Origin: Pseudomonadales bacterium
GTDB taxonomy: Bacteria > Pseudomonadota > Gammaproteobacteria > Pseudomonadales > Azotimanducaceae
Assembly (NCBI GenBank): GCA_029251375.1
Contig: JAQXDL010000038.1
Span: forward strand, 10,578 to 74,577
Direction of reading: 5' to 3'
Length of the DNA: 64,000 bases
Of this stretch, positions 38,283-47,220 are shown in pieces (positions within the stretch are counted from its first letter, which is position 1; the number at the start of each line of letters is the position of its first letter). The translations under genes were made by a program, and so were the position numbers. The notes under the pieces were generated by a model. It made no database searches and was not told where the DNA came from. It worked only from the letters and a program-made list of their open reading frames with translations.

Positions 38283-38474
38283 TTCGCTATTGTCGGTATC
38301 GGCGGCATTGCGTCATTCGCACCTTTCTGCCTTTACAATGATGTTGACCGAATTCTATAAAATTTCAGTACATCATCATGGCGAAAGCAGTGAACTCAAG
38401 ACCCGTTTCAAAATCTACTAAGGCTACTGAGCTGCTTTAATAATGGGCCTCTGTGGCCGGCCACTAACGCGACT

Positions 38475-40058
38475 CTAAATCTGTCTATCACGGCCTTCCC
38501 AATAGGGTGCTCTTACGAGCCTGCGCTGAATTTTACCCGATGGCAGTCTTGGCAGATCAACAATAAAATCGATGCTCTTAGGACATTTAAAAGCTGCCAG
38601 ATGTTCACGCACAAACGCGATAAGCTCTGCAACCAACACGTCGCCAGGCTCGACCCCATCAGCTAACTGCACGATCGACTTTACCTCTTCACCCCATTCT
38701 TCATTGGGTACGCCTACGGTGCAAACATCTGCGACGGCTGGGTGTTTTAATAAAACATCATCGGTTTCTTGCGGGTATATATTCACACCACCGGATATGA
38801 TTGTTTCAGCACTGCGACCGGTTAGAAACAGATAGCCATCGGCATCAAAATAGCCCATATCACCAAGGGTGAAATACTCCCCCATATAACTACTACTGGT
38901 CTTTTCACTATCTTTGAAATAGACAAACTTTAATGCCGGCGCTTTAAAGTAGATTGTTCCAACTTCACCGGTTTCGACTTCGTTACCGTCATCGTCGCAT
39001 ATTTTATTATCAGCCCCAATTGGCGCCTTACCGACGGTGCCAGGCCTATCCAGCCATTCCTGTGGTTCAACAAAAAAACCGCCGCCCCCTTCTGTCGCCG
39101 CATAATATTCAAATATTACCGGGCCGAACCAAGTCATCATGTTTTGTTTTACATGAACTGGACACGGTGCAGCACCGTGAATAACAAACTTTAATGAACG
39201 TGTATCGTATTTATCTTTAATTGCATCCGGTAACGACAACAGACGATGGAACATGGTTGCAACCATATGTGTGTGGGTAATTTCGTGTTGCTCAATGAGT
39301 TGCAACGTCTCCTGCGCATCCCATTTATCCATAAGAACGACACCAACACCCTGTGTGAGGGGGCCGACAATATTGATCACTAAAGGTGCTGCATGGTAAG
39401 CAGGTCCTGTGCACAACGCCATGTCCGTATCAGGATCGTATTGAGCTGCATCACTGGTTCGCGTCGCGGAGGCAGCAGGTGTTGCTGATGGTGGCACGCG
39501 ATCACGATAAACGCCCTTGGGTCGACCCGTCGTGCCCGACGTGTAGAGCATAGATGTGCCGATTTCAGGGTCCAAAAGGTTGCTATCGTCTATGCCTTTA
39601 AGCTTGTCATCGTAGGCATCAAAACCTTCGATATGGCCACCCACTGACAGGGCAATTTTAACATTCTTTAAATTATCTCGAAGAGCATCGATTGCAGGTT
39701 CGGCACATCGTATATCGGCAATAAAGGCTTTTGCTTCTGAGTTTTCAACAATATAAGAGGCATTGTCTCCCTTCAAATGCCAGTTAATCGGAGTGACACG
39801 ATACCCTGCTCGCATACACGCGTAATAGACTTCGACAAACTCTGGTCGATTCGTCAATAACATAGCGACGCCGTCGTCGGGTTGCAATCCCGAGCCTCTG
39901 AGTACTCTCGCAAGTTGATTAACCCGACGGTTAAGGCCGTCGAAGCTTCGCTCTCCATATTTGCTAGAAACTGCCATCTTGTCCGGACGTTCCTGTGCAT
40001 GAAATGCGAGTGTCATACCATTTAATGCGCATTCCTCAATTAGCAGCGGTCCATTCAT
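38475..40058 (-). CDS. AMP-dependent acyl-CoA synthetase/ligase
   Basis: AMP-binding motif MLYTSGTTGRPKGV, a GYFDADGYLFL.GR motif, and C-terminal PSGKIQRR. Confidence 0.88.
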   Translation of the reverse strand: MNGPLLIEECALNGMTLAFHAQERPDKMAVSSKYGERSFDGLNRRVNQLARVLRGSGLQPDDGVAMLLTNRPEFVEVYYACMRAGYRVTPINWHLKGDNASYIVENSEAKAFIADIRCAEPAIDALRDNLKNVKIALSVGGHIEGFDAYDDKLKGIDDSNLLDPEIGTSMLYTSGTTGRPKGVYRDRVPPSATPAASATRTSDAAQYDPDTDMALCTGPAYHAAPLVINIVGPLTQGVGVVLMDKWDAQETLQLIEQHEITHTHMVATMFHRLLSLPDAIKDKYDTRSLKFVIHGAAPCPVHVKQNMMTWFGPVIFEYYAATEGGGGFFVEPQEWLDRPGTVGKAPIGADNKICDDDGNEVETGEVGTIYFKAPALKFVYFKDSEKTSSSYMGEYFTLGDMGYFDADGYLFLTGRSAETIISGGVNIYPQETDDVLLKHPAVADVCTVGVPNEEWGEEVKSIVQLADGVEPGDVLVAELIAFVREHLAAFKCPKSIDFIVDLPRLPSGKIQRRLVRAPYWEGRDRQI

Positions 40059-40125
40059 TATTGCTTCCCCTCAAATGAAATCTTGTGTTCTTGGATAACG
40101 AAGCACTGTTAGAATCCCCACCTAT

Positions 40126-40301
40126 TTTGCATACTTATTTGCATACTTCATCGCTCAAAGCAGTTGCCAATTAAAAGCAATTGCTATTGAAGGCGGGTGC
40201 TAACGAAAAGATGCTCTCAGCTCATGGTTGTTTATCCATCAGAGCCTGCTATTTACAAAAACATTCTCGATCGTGCTTACAATGCAAAATCAGATTGCAT
40301 T
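40126..40301. promoter_or_regulatory. TTGCAT-containing repeats in the divergent acyl-CoA synthetase / acyl-CoA dehydrogenase control region (candidate operators)
   Basis: Direct repeat tttgcatactt at 40126-40136 and 40138-40148. Inverted repeat aatgcaa-N7-ttgcatt at 40281-40301, about 36 bp upstream of the ATG at 40337. Confidence 0.4.
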
Positions 40302-40336
40302 ATCTTTCCACTGATCGCAAGCCACTGGAGGCTCCC

Positions 40337-41542
40337 ATGTTTATTGGTATTTCGGAACGCGTTGCGCCGATCCTGACAAACCTCAGATTATTTATTAACG
40401 AAGTTGTGATACCCAACGAGGATAAATATATGCAGGAACTTGAGGCTAACAGATGGCAACAACCACCGATCATGGAGCAAATGAAGAAAAAAGCGCGACA
40501 TGCTGGCCTCTTCAATCTGTTCCTTAACAGTGACACTCAGTCATTCAATCAAGTTGAATACGCTCACCTAGCGGAGCAAATGGGCAGAACCGATATTGCA
40601 GCGGAAGTCTTTAACTGCGCGTCGCCGGATACGGGTAACATGGAAGTACTGGCGCGATACGGCACAAAAAAACAGCAGGAAGACTGCCTTCAACCCCTGT
40701 TAAGCGGCGAGATTCGCTCTGGTTTCGCCATGACTGAACCCGCCGTAGCGTCCTCCGATGCCACTAACATTGCATCGAGCGCATACCTTGATGGTGATAA
40801 TTGGATACTCGAGGGGGAAAAATCCTGGGTCTCCGGTGCGGGCGATCCGAACTGCAAGTTTCTCATTGTTATGTGTGTCACCGACCCAAACGAGAGCATC
40901 GATAAACGCCAATCAATACTACTTGTACCGATGCAATCCAAGGGTGTTGAACTGCAACAAATGATCTCCGTGTTTGGCTACGATGATGCCCCCCACGGGC
41001 ATGGTCGTATTCGCTTCAACAAGGTTCGACTGCCACGCGAAAACATCATTGGCGAACAGGGACAAGGCTTCGAAATTGCCCAAGACAGATTAAGTTCAGG
41101 TCGAATTCATCACTGCATGCGCTCGATCGGCGCGGCCGAACGGGCATTGGAGCTGATGGTGAAGCGATCAAAGACTCGCTACGCATTTGGCAAACCCCTA
41201 TCGGAACTCGGTGGTAACGTCGATGTTATCGCCAACTCCCGAATTGATATCGAGTTAAGTCGCCTCATTACCCTAAAAGCCGCGCATCAACTCGACAGCC
41301 TAGGCCTTGAGCTGGCGATTAACGACATTGCACAAATGAAGGTGGCTGTACCTAACATGACCCTCAACGTTATCGATCGCGCGATTCAGATGTTTGGTGG
41401 TATGGGTGTTTCAGCCGAGACACCTCTGGCAAAAATGTGGGCGGCGCACAGGGCCCTACGACTATCGGACGGTCCCGATGAGGTGCATCGAGAAATGATC
41501 TCGAGAAGTGAAATTGGTAAATTTCCACATACCTATTTATAG
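40337..41542 (+). CDS. Acyl-CoA dehydrogenase (ACAD10/11-FadE2-like)
   Basis: The ATG at 40337 is preceded by ggagg. GFAMTEP.VASSDATNI, and a C-terminal GGMG...PLA..W...R.LR..DGPDEVH motif. The 52 codons upstream in the track look non-coding. Confidence 0.88.
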   Translation: MFIGISERVAPILTNLRLFINEVVIPNEDKYMQELEANRWQQPPIMEQMKKKARHAGLFNLFLNSDTQSFNQVEYAHLAEQMGRTDIAAEVFNCASPDTGNMEVLARYGTKKQQEDCLQPLLSGEIRSGFAMTEPAVASSDATNIASSAYLDGDNWILEGEKSWVSGAGDPNCKFLIVMCVTDPNESIDKRQSILLVPMQSKGVELQQMISVFGYDDAPHGHGRIRFNKVRLPRENIIGEQGQGFEIAQDRLSSGRIHHCMRSIGAAERALELMVKRSKTRYAFGKPLSELGGNVDVIANSRIDIELSRLITLKAAHQLDSLGLELAINDIAQMKVAVPNMTLNVIDRAIQMFGGMGVSAETPLAKMWAAHRALRLSDGPDEVHREMISRSEIGKFPHTYL

Positions 41543-41700
41543 AACTAAACGCGATCGACTAAACACGCTCACTATTTGCTTATTCTATGGACCCAGATCA
41601 AGGAAATTGGCAAAAATATGCAGTACGCTGCATTTTTTAAACGATCGCGTCATGGATCTTTTTATGACTAGCAATCGACAAACACCGAGAGGATTTGATT

Positions 41701-41922
41701 ATGGCGAGTTCATTTACAATTGCTGAAAAACACTTAAACGCAATGGTCGAAGAAGCAACGGACAACAACGTCGACTTAAATGCACTAGGTCAGGCAATCG
41801 TTTGGAAGCTATTTGAGCGATATCGTGACAATGGCCGAAAAGCATCTGACATTGCAGATGAAGTAAAATATACCCTCGATAATCTCGACGATGACGGGAC
41901 CTTTCACGTATCAAGAAACTAG
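41701..41922 (+). CDS. Small acidic hypothetical protein (73 aa)
   Basis: The ATG at 41701 is preceded by gagagga about 7 nt upstream. Compact ORF with no recognised family. Confidence 0.45.
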   Translation: MASSFTIAEKHLNAMVEEATDNNVDLNALGQAIVWKLFERYRDNGRKASDIADEVKYTLDNLDDDGTFHVSRN

Positions 41923-42039
41923 CCTTCCCTCATAAACTGTTTTGGTGAGTGACTCGCAACTACGCACTTGCCAATATAATAGACGGGTAAACTCGATACA
42001 CCTTGCCTACAGGGCGATCGCCTAAAACACTCAAACCGG

Positions 42040-42726
42040 CTATTGAATAACGATTGGTTCACCTAGGGGTTCGACGCAACGCTCATCTTTGTTTCGTGAG
42101 TTACCGACGTAACTCGATACAGGCGTAACCAACACGGGAAACTTCAACACGGGATCCAGTAGTGCTGTTAAGTCCTGCGCTGAAGCCGAAGCATCAAGCC
42201 ACTGATCAATCTCATGTTTGCTTAAGTGAATCGGGATTCTATTGTGAATGCCGATCATGCCGGCCGGTGCTGCGCCGGTGATAATGGTGCAACTTTCGAT
42301 GACTTGCCCCTGTTTTTCCCACCTATCCCATAGCCCTGCAAAAGCGAAACCGCTGTCGCGTTCAGGCGCGATCAAGTAAGGCACTTTCTGTCCGCCTTGT
42401 TTTGCCCACTCATAATAGCTAGATGCGGGTACGATACATCTGCGACGTTTAAAGGGTTCTTGATATGCGCGACTGCTCGCTAAGCCTTCCGACCGCGCAT
42501 TGAACATACTGTATTTTGAAGATGGCTCGCTCGACCAATATGGTACCAACCACCAACGCATATCATTGACCAGCCATTCGCCGCCAGCAGACTTCAATAA
42601 CACCGGCACCTGCTGCGTCGGTGCTATGTTGTACTGAGTTTCCAGCTTAATCGTTACCTGCCCTGCTACGATCTCCATGATCATTTGCGTCAGCGGGTCC
42701 GAAATAATATTAAAACGACCGCACAC
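42040..42726 (-). CDS. yedK: SOS-response-associated peptidase (SRAP/YedK family, abasic-site DNA-protein crosslink protein)
   Basis: N-terminal MCGRF (catalytic Cys2), NIAPTQ, FNARSE, RRC.VPA..YYEW. Confidence 0.88.
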   Translation of the reverse strand: MCGRFNIISDPLTQMIMEIVAGQVTIKLETQYNIAPTQQVPVLLKSAGGEWLVNDMRWWLVPYWSSEPSSKYSMFNARSEGLASSRAYQEPFKRRRCIVPASSYYEWAKQGGQKVPYLIAPERDSGFAFAGLWDRWEKQGQVIESCTIITGAAPAGMIGIHNRIPIHLSKHEIDQWLDASASAQDLTALLDPVLKFPVLVTPVSSYVGNSRNKDERCVEPLGEPIVIQ

Positions 42727-42729
42727 AGC

Positions 42730-43671
42730 TCATCTTCTCGTTAGTTCATTAATATGATTAATCTCATCTTCACTGAGTTTCCAAGCAATACCCTGCGCAT
42801 TTACAATCACTTGTTGTTCAGACGTTGCACCAGCGATGACGCTACTGATAACGGGCTTCGATGCTAACCAACTCATGGCAAGTTGCAACAAACTGTATCC
42901 AGATTGCTCAGCAAATTTCGTCAGCGCTTCGACCTTGTCGAAAATGACATCACTCATTGCTGCCGCTGCGCGATCACCCATTGCAGCAAGTCGCGTGCCT
43001 TCGCCAGGTGCCGTACCGCGTTTATATTTGCCTGTTAGCATGCCGCTTGCCAGCGGAAAAAACGGCAACATACCCACACCGTACTTCTCGCATGCGGGCA
43101 GCACCTCTTGCTCAATGCGTCGATCTAGTAGGTTATATAGGTTTTGTGCAGTGACAAACTGATTCAGGCCATTGTACTTCGCTGTCCAGTGCGCATCACT
43201 CACCTGCCAGCCGGAGAAATTCGAATGACCTATATAGCGAACTTTGCCGCTTCTAACGAAGTCATCTAAAGCTCGCAGCGTTTCTTCTATGGCTGTTTCT
43301 GAATCAGGAACATGTTGCTGATACAGGTCGATGTAATCTGTCCCAAGACGACGCAAACTAGCGTCGACCGCATTCATGATATAACGCCGAGACGCGCCGC
43401 GCTTCAATCCGCCTTTACCCATGGAGTTACCAAACTTAGAGGCAATAATGACGTCTTCCCGGGCCCGATCACGTAGCGCCTGACCGAGGTATTCTTCCGA
43501 CAACCCACCACCGTACATGTCGGCGGTGTCAAAAAAGTTGATACCTTGGTCTAGCGCGCAATGAACAATCTTGGCGGTTAGTTGCTGATCGCATCGCCGG
43601 CCAAAATTGTTACAGCCGATACCCACTAATGAAACCTTAAGTCCGGAACTACCTAGTGATCGATATTCCAT
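42730..43671 (-). CDS. Aldo/keto reductase
   Basis: MEYRSLGSSGLKVS..G.G..NFG, FFDTADMYG, IDLYQQH, and GASS-type C-terminal motifs. Confidence 0.88.
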   Translation of the reverse strand: MEYRSLGSSGLKVSLVGIGCNNFGRRCDQQLTAKIVHCALDQGINFFDTADMYGGGLSEEYLGQALRDRAREDVIIASKFGNSMGKGGLKRGASRRYIMNAVDASLRRLGTDYIDLYQQHVPDSETAIEETLRALDDFVRSGKVRYIGHSNFSGWQVSDAHWTAKYNGLNQFVTAQNLYNLLDRRIEQEVLPACEKYGVGMLPFFPLASGMLTGKYKRGTAPGEGTRLAAMGDRAAAAMSDVIFDKVEALTKFAEQSGYSLLQLAMSWLASKPVISSVIAGATSEQQVIVNAQGIAWKLSEDEINHINELTRR

Positions 43672-43907
43672 GAAAACCTGTTGATGCTATTTTTTCCCAT
43701 ACTGCCAGAACATAGGATGAATGTAAGCTCTATTTCAGCGTCGATCGATTGACCGATTTAGTCTGTACAATGCTATTCGAATGGGTTAATTTCCGCTGTC
43801 TTACGGTATTAGCTCAAACTCAAAATCAGCTGAAACCGAAACAGTTGATTCAAACGAAAGCCCGCGCTTCGCATCGAAGTGACGGACTTTTTTTTTTGGA
43901 CGAAGAC

Positions 43908-44831
43908 ATGAGACACGTACCCAATCTGAAAGATTTCTCTTCGCAGGAATTATCAGACATTTTACAGATATCCGCCGAAATCAAAGCCAATCCAAAAGAT
44001 TTTCACAATGCGTTGCACCGTGAAAGTTTGGCGATGCTATTTCAAAAAACCAGTACCCGCACCCGCGTATCATTTGAAGTAGCGATGACTGAGCTCGGCG
44101 GTCACGCGATATTTGTCGACTGGATGACCTCTAACTTCCTCTTGTCCGGTATTGAGCACGAGACCGAGTACCTATCACGCAATGTTGGCTTCATTATGGC
44201 TCGCTTGATGCACCACGAAGATCTACTGAAGATTATCGGTGCGAGCCAAGTGCCGGTCATTAATGGCTGTTGCGAAAAGTTTCACCCTTGTCAGGCGCTC
44301 ACGGATGTACTGACGATGCAGGAACATTACGAAGGCGACATTCGAGACGCGAAGGTTGTGTACGTGGGAGTACAAAACAACGTCTCTAACTCTCTCACGA
44401 CACTTGCGGACAAATTAGGTATGCAGCTTACGCTTGCAACGCCGGAGAACGAGGACAATGGCGAGAGTATTGATAGCCATGTTCAGTCGGTAATTTCGAC
44501 CAACCCACGCATCAACCATCTAACAAATCCCCTTGACGCTGTTCAAAACGCTGACTTTGTTTATACAGATACTTGGATTGATATGCAGTACTTCAACAAT
44601 CCAGATCACAGGGCCGACAATGACGCAAAGCTGAAAAAAATGATGCCCTATCAACTCAACGAAACATTGTTAGCCGGCGTCGATTGTAAGGTTATGCATG
44701 ATATGCCGATCCACGATGGATTTGAGATATCCGCCGCACTAACAAAGGATCAACGTGCAATCATGTACCCACAGGCGGCGAATAGACTGCATGCTCAAAA
44801 AGGTCTGTTGTACTGGCTTTACAATAACTAA
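43908..44831 (+). CDS. Ornithine-carbamoyltransferase-fold transcarbamylase with substituted second-substrate motifs
   Basis: Carbamoyl-phosphate motifs STRTRVSFE and HPCQALTD are present. The OTCase DxWxSMG motif reads DTWIDMQ, and HCLPAHRGEEV reads HDMPIHDGFEI. The ATG at 43908 is preferred over the TTG at 43749. Confidence 0.8.
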   Translation: MRHVPNLKDFSSQELSDILQISAEIKANPKDFHNALHRESLAMLFQKTSTRTRVSFEVAMTELGGHAIFVDWMTSNFLLSGIEHETEYLSRNVGFIMARLMHHEDLLKIIGASQVPVINGCCEKFHPCQALTDVLTMQEHYEGDIRDAKVVYVGVQNNVSNSLTTLADKLGMQLTLATPENEDNGESIDSHVQSVISTNPRINHLTNPLDAVQNADFVYTDTWIDMQYFNNPDHRADNDAKLKKMMPYQLNETLLAGVDCKVMHDMPIHDGFEISAALTKDQRAIMYPQAANRLHAQKGLLYWLYNN

Positions 44832-44891
44832 AGCGCAGCCGCACTAATTGTAATCACGCTTGTAGCATGGTGTTCGACTTTAATTGTGACG

Positions 44892-46160
44892 CTATTTAGT
44901 TAGCCCGTCGTGGTGTTGCGCAAGAAACTCTAGCCAATGCATCACAGGGATACCGGCACTAGCAGAGAGTTGCATCTGACAGCCAACATTCGCCGTCACA
45001 ATCACATCCGGGTTATCTAACTGAAGGTTGTCGAGTTTTCGTGCCGTCAGTGCGCTAGCGATTGACGGCTGTAGCAAGGAATAACTGCCGGCAGAACCGC
45101 AACATAAATGTTTTTCACCGGTTGCAACGAGTTGCACCCCCGCTCTGTTTAGAATGTCCTCAAGTGAAGTCGGCATTTTTTGACCGTGTTGCAGAGAACA
45201 GGGTGTATGTACTGCAACGCGGATTGCCTTTGCCGAAAGCGACGAAAAATCGAATTGAGCCAAGTACTCAACTGCATCAACAACCTTGCCGCAAACTTCT
45301 TCAGCCTTTTTAAGATATGCAGCATCATCCGCGAGGATGGTGGGATACTCTTTAATAGTGACACCGCAACCACTCGCGGTTGAAATGATCGCGTCATAGT
45401 CACTGAGGGACTCATGCATCTTGTCGATTAGATACCGCATTCGCTGCTTTGCTTTTGCATGCGCCGAGAGGTGTAAATCAAGCGCGCCGCAGCAACCCTC
45501 ATTCGCTAAGTATTCGACGGCAACGTCGTGACTTGCGAGCAATGACGCCAGCGAACGGTTCACATTCGGCGTCGCTGATTTCTGAACACACCCAGATAAC
45601 ACAAGTACTTTTCTTTGCGTGACGTTTGATACAACGTTGTAACTAAGAGTCCCTGATTCGGGCTTAAGCGAACGCTTATTGTGCGCGTTGACCGCTGCAA
45701 TCTTGGGAATCTTTAGGCTAAGTACTTGGGGTAGAAAACCTCTAACGACGTTGCCGATTCTCAATAGCGGATCGAATAGCCAGGACCTTGGTACAACCCA
45801 GCGCACAAGATGCGGCAAGGGGTTAGGTTTTCGTCTGCTTGAATGCTCAGTCGCAATCACTTCACGACCAATATCCAACAGCCGGCCGTATTGCACCCCT
45901 GAAGGACAGGTAGTCTCGCAGGCGCGGCAGGTCAAACATCGATCGAGATGCTCAACCGACTCACCATCAATATCGTTAGTCTCAAGCAGGTTCTTGATGA
46001 GATAAATACGACCACGGGGTCCATCCAGTTCATCACCTAGCAGTTGATAAGTCGGACATACAGCATTGCAGAAACCGCAGTGGACACAATTTCTTAGTAT
46101 CTTTTCAGCTTCATCAATATGGGGGAGCCGCTGAACATCAGGATGAATTATTGTTTGCAT
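44892..46160 (-). CDS. glcF: Glycolate oxidase iron-sulfur subunit
   Basis: Two 4Fe-4S motifs (CVHCGFCNAVCP and CLTCRACETTCP) plus CCG-type Cys-rich domains. Lies immediately downstream of glcE. The ATG at 46160 (MQTIIHP) is preferred. Confidence 0.88.
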   Translation of the reverse strand: MQTIIHPDVQRLPHIDEAEKILRNCVHCGFCNAVCPTYQLLGDELDGPRGRIYLIKNLLETNDIDGESVEHLDRCLTCRACETTCPSGVQYGRLLDIGREVIATEHSSRRKPNPLPHLVRWVVPRSWLFDPLLRIGNVVRGFLPQVLSLKIPKIAAVNAHNKRSLKPESGTLSYNVVSNVTQRKVLVLSGCVQKSATPNVNRSLASLLASHDVAVEYLANEGCCGALDLHLSAHAKAKQRMRYLIDKMHESLSDYDAIISTASGCGVTIKEYPTILADDAAYLKKAEEVCGKVVDAVEYLAQFDFSSLSAKAIRVAVHTPCSLQHGQKMPTSLEDILNRAGVQLVATGEKHLCCGSAGSYSLLQPSIASALTARKLDNLQLDNPDVIVTANVGCQMQLSASAGIPVMHWLEFLAQHHDGLTK

Positions 46161-46161
46161 A

Positions 46162-47220
46162 CTACAGCCACGAGTACATACGGCCAGCATTTAGAATGCC
46201 CGCCGGGTCGAACTTTGATTTGAGCGATATGTGTATATTCTTCTGCAACGTTGACAGTGGCTGGAATACTTCACCAACCTGAAGTCCATTCGCTGCGGTT
46301 TGTCGCACCAGCGTCGCGCTACTATATTTGTCGACTTCAGCGCGGATATCACGATCTGATTCAAGCAGCCAACGTTGCGCGCCACCCCAGTCAATCAGGT
46401 AAGCCTCATCCAACAACAGTGGGCTCATTGGTGCAGTACTGAGCCGCCATAAATTCTTATCTGTTGGAAAAATACTGTGACTGTCTATCGCATGCCAACA
46501 CGACTCTTCAGTCGCAACTAGCTCGCCTCCTAGGCGATTAGCAAACTCATAAACAGATTGAGCGCTACCTGACAGCCTTATCATGAGTTGGCCGTCAAAA
46601 TGCGCAGTTGCGGAAACTAAGGGCGAGTTGACTAGATCACGCATTTTTAACAATCCGTCGGCCCTCGACATTTCAAGACGCTGCGTCATTTCGAATTCCG
46701 GTTTTGGTAGCACCTTAAAACTGACATTGGTGATCAAACCGAGACAGCCAAGTGATCCTACTAGTAGCCTTGAAACGTCATAACCGGCGACATTCTTCAT
46801 GACCTGCCCACCAAAATTAATCACCTCGCCGGTCGCCGACAACATTTCCACACCCAGAACAAAGTCCCTTACTGAACCCGAGTAAGGCCGTCGTGAACCA
46901 GATAGCCCCGCCGATACCATGCCGCCTATAGTTGACTGGCCACCAAAATTTGTGGGATCGAATGCAAACATTTGACCATTTTCTTCTAGCACAGCTGTCA
47001 CATCGGCGAGCATAGTGCCACTACGAACCTGAACGACTAATTCGGTTGGTTCATAGTGAATGATGCCGCTGTGTTCACTCACGCTGAGAGTTTCAACCGA
47101 TGGGGCACACGCCTCTATGCTGCGGCCAAAAAAAGCCTTTGAATTTGAACCTTGCAGAATGACGGATTGAGCACGCGCAGTGCAGGACTCTAGGAATTGA
47201 GCCGCTTGCTTTATATCCAT
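46162..47220 (-). CDS. glcE: Glycolate oxidase FAD-binding subunit
   Basis: FAD-binding PCMH-type domain of about 350 aa, positioned between glcD and glcF. The start overlaps the glcD stop by 1 nt (TAATG). Confidence 0.85.
   Translation of the reverse strand: MDIKQAAQFLESCTARAQSVILQGSNSKAFFGRSIEACAPSVETLSVSEHSGIIHYEPTELVVQVRSGTMLADVTAVLEENGQMFAFDPTNFGGQSTIGGMVSAGLSGSRRPYSGSVRDFVLGVEMLSATGEVINFGGQVMKNVAGYDVSRLLVGSLGCLGLITNVSFKVLPKPEFEMTQRLEMSRADGLLKMRDLVNSPLVSATAHFDGQLMIRLSGSAQSVYEFANRLGGELVATEESCWHAIDSHSIFPTDKNLWRLSTAPMSPLLLDEAYLIDWGGAQRWLLESDRDIRAEVDKYSSATLVRQTAANGLQVGEVFQPLSTLQKNIHISLKSKFDPAGILNAGRMYSWL

Noticed and set aside
40181-40336. N-terminal extensions in the ORF track (40181-40336, and similarly 43749-43907, 48846-48995, 60794-60862, 1693-1710, 5982-5996).
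   Set aside because: The family-typical N-termini begin at internal ATGs. The extensions have no homology-like content and overlap promoter/leader sequence.
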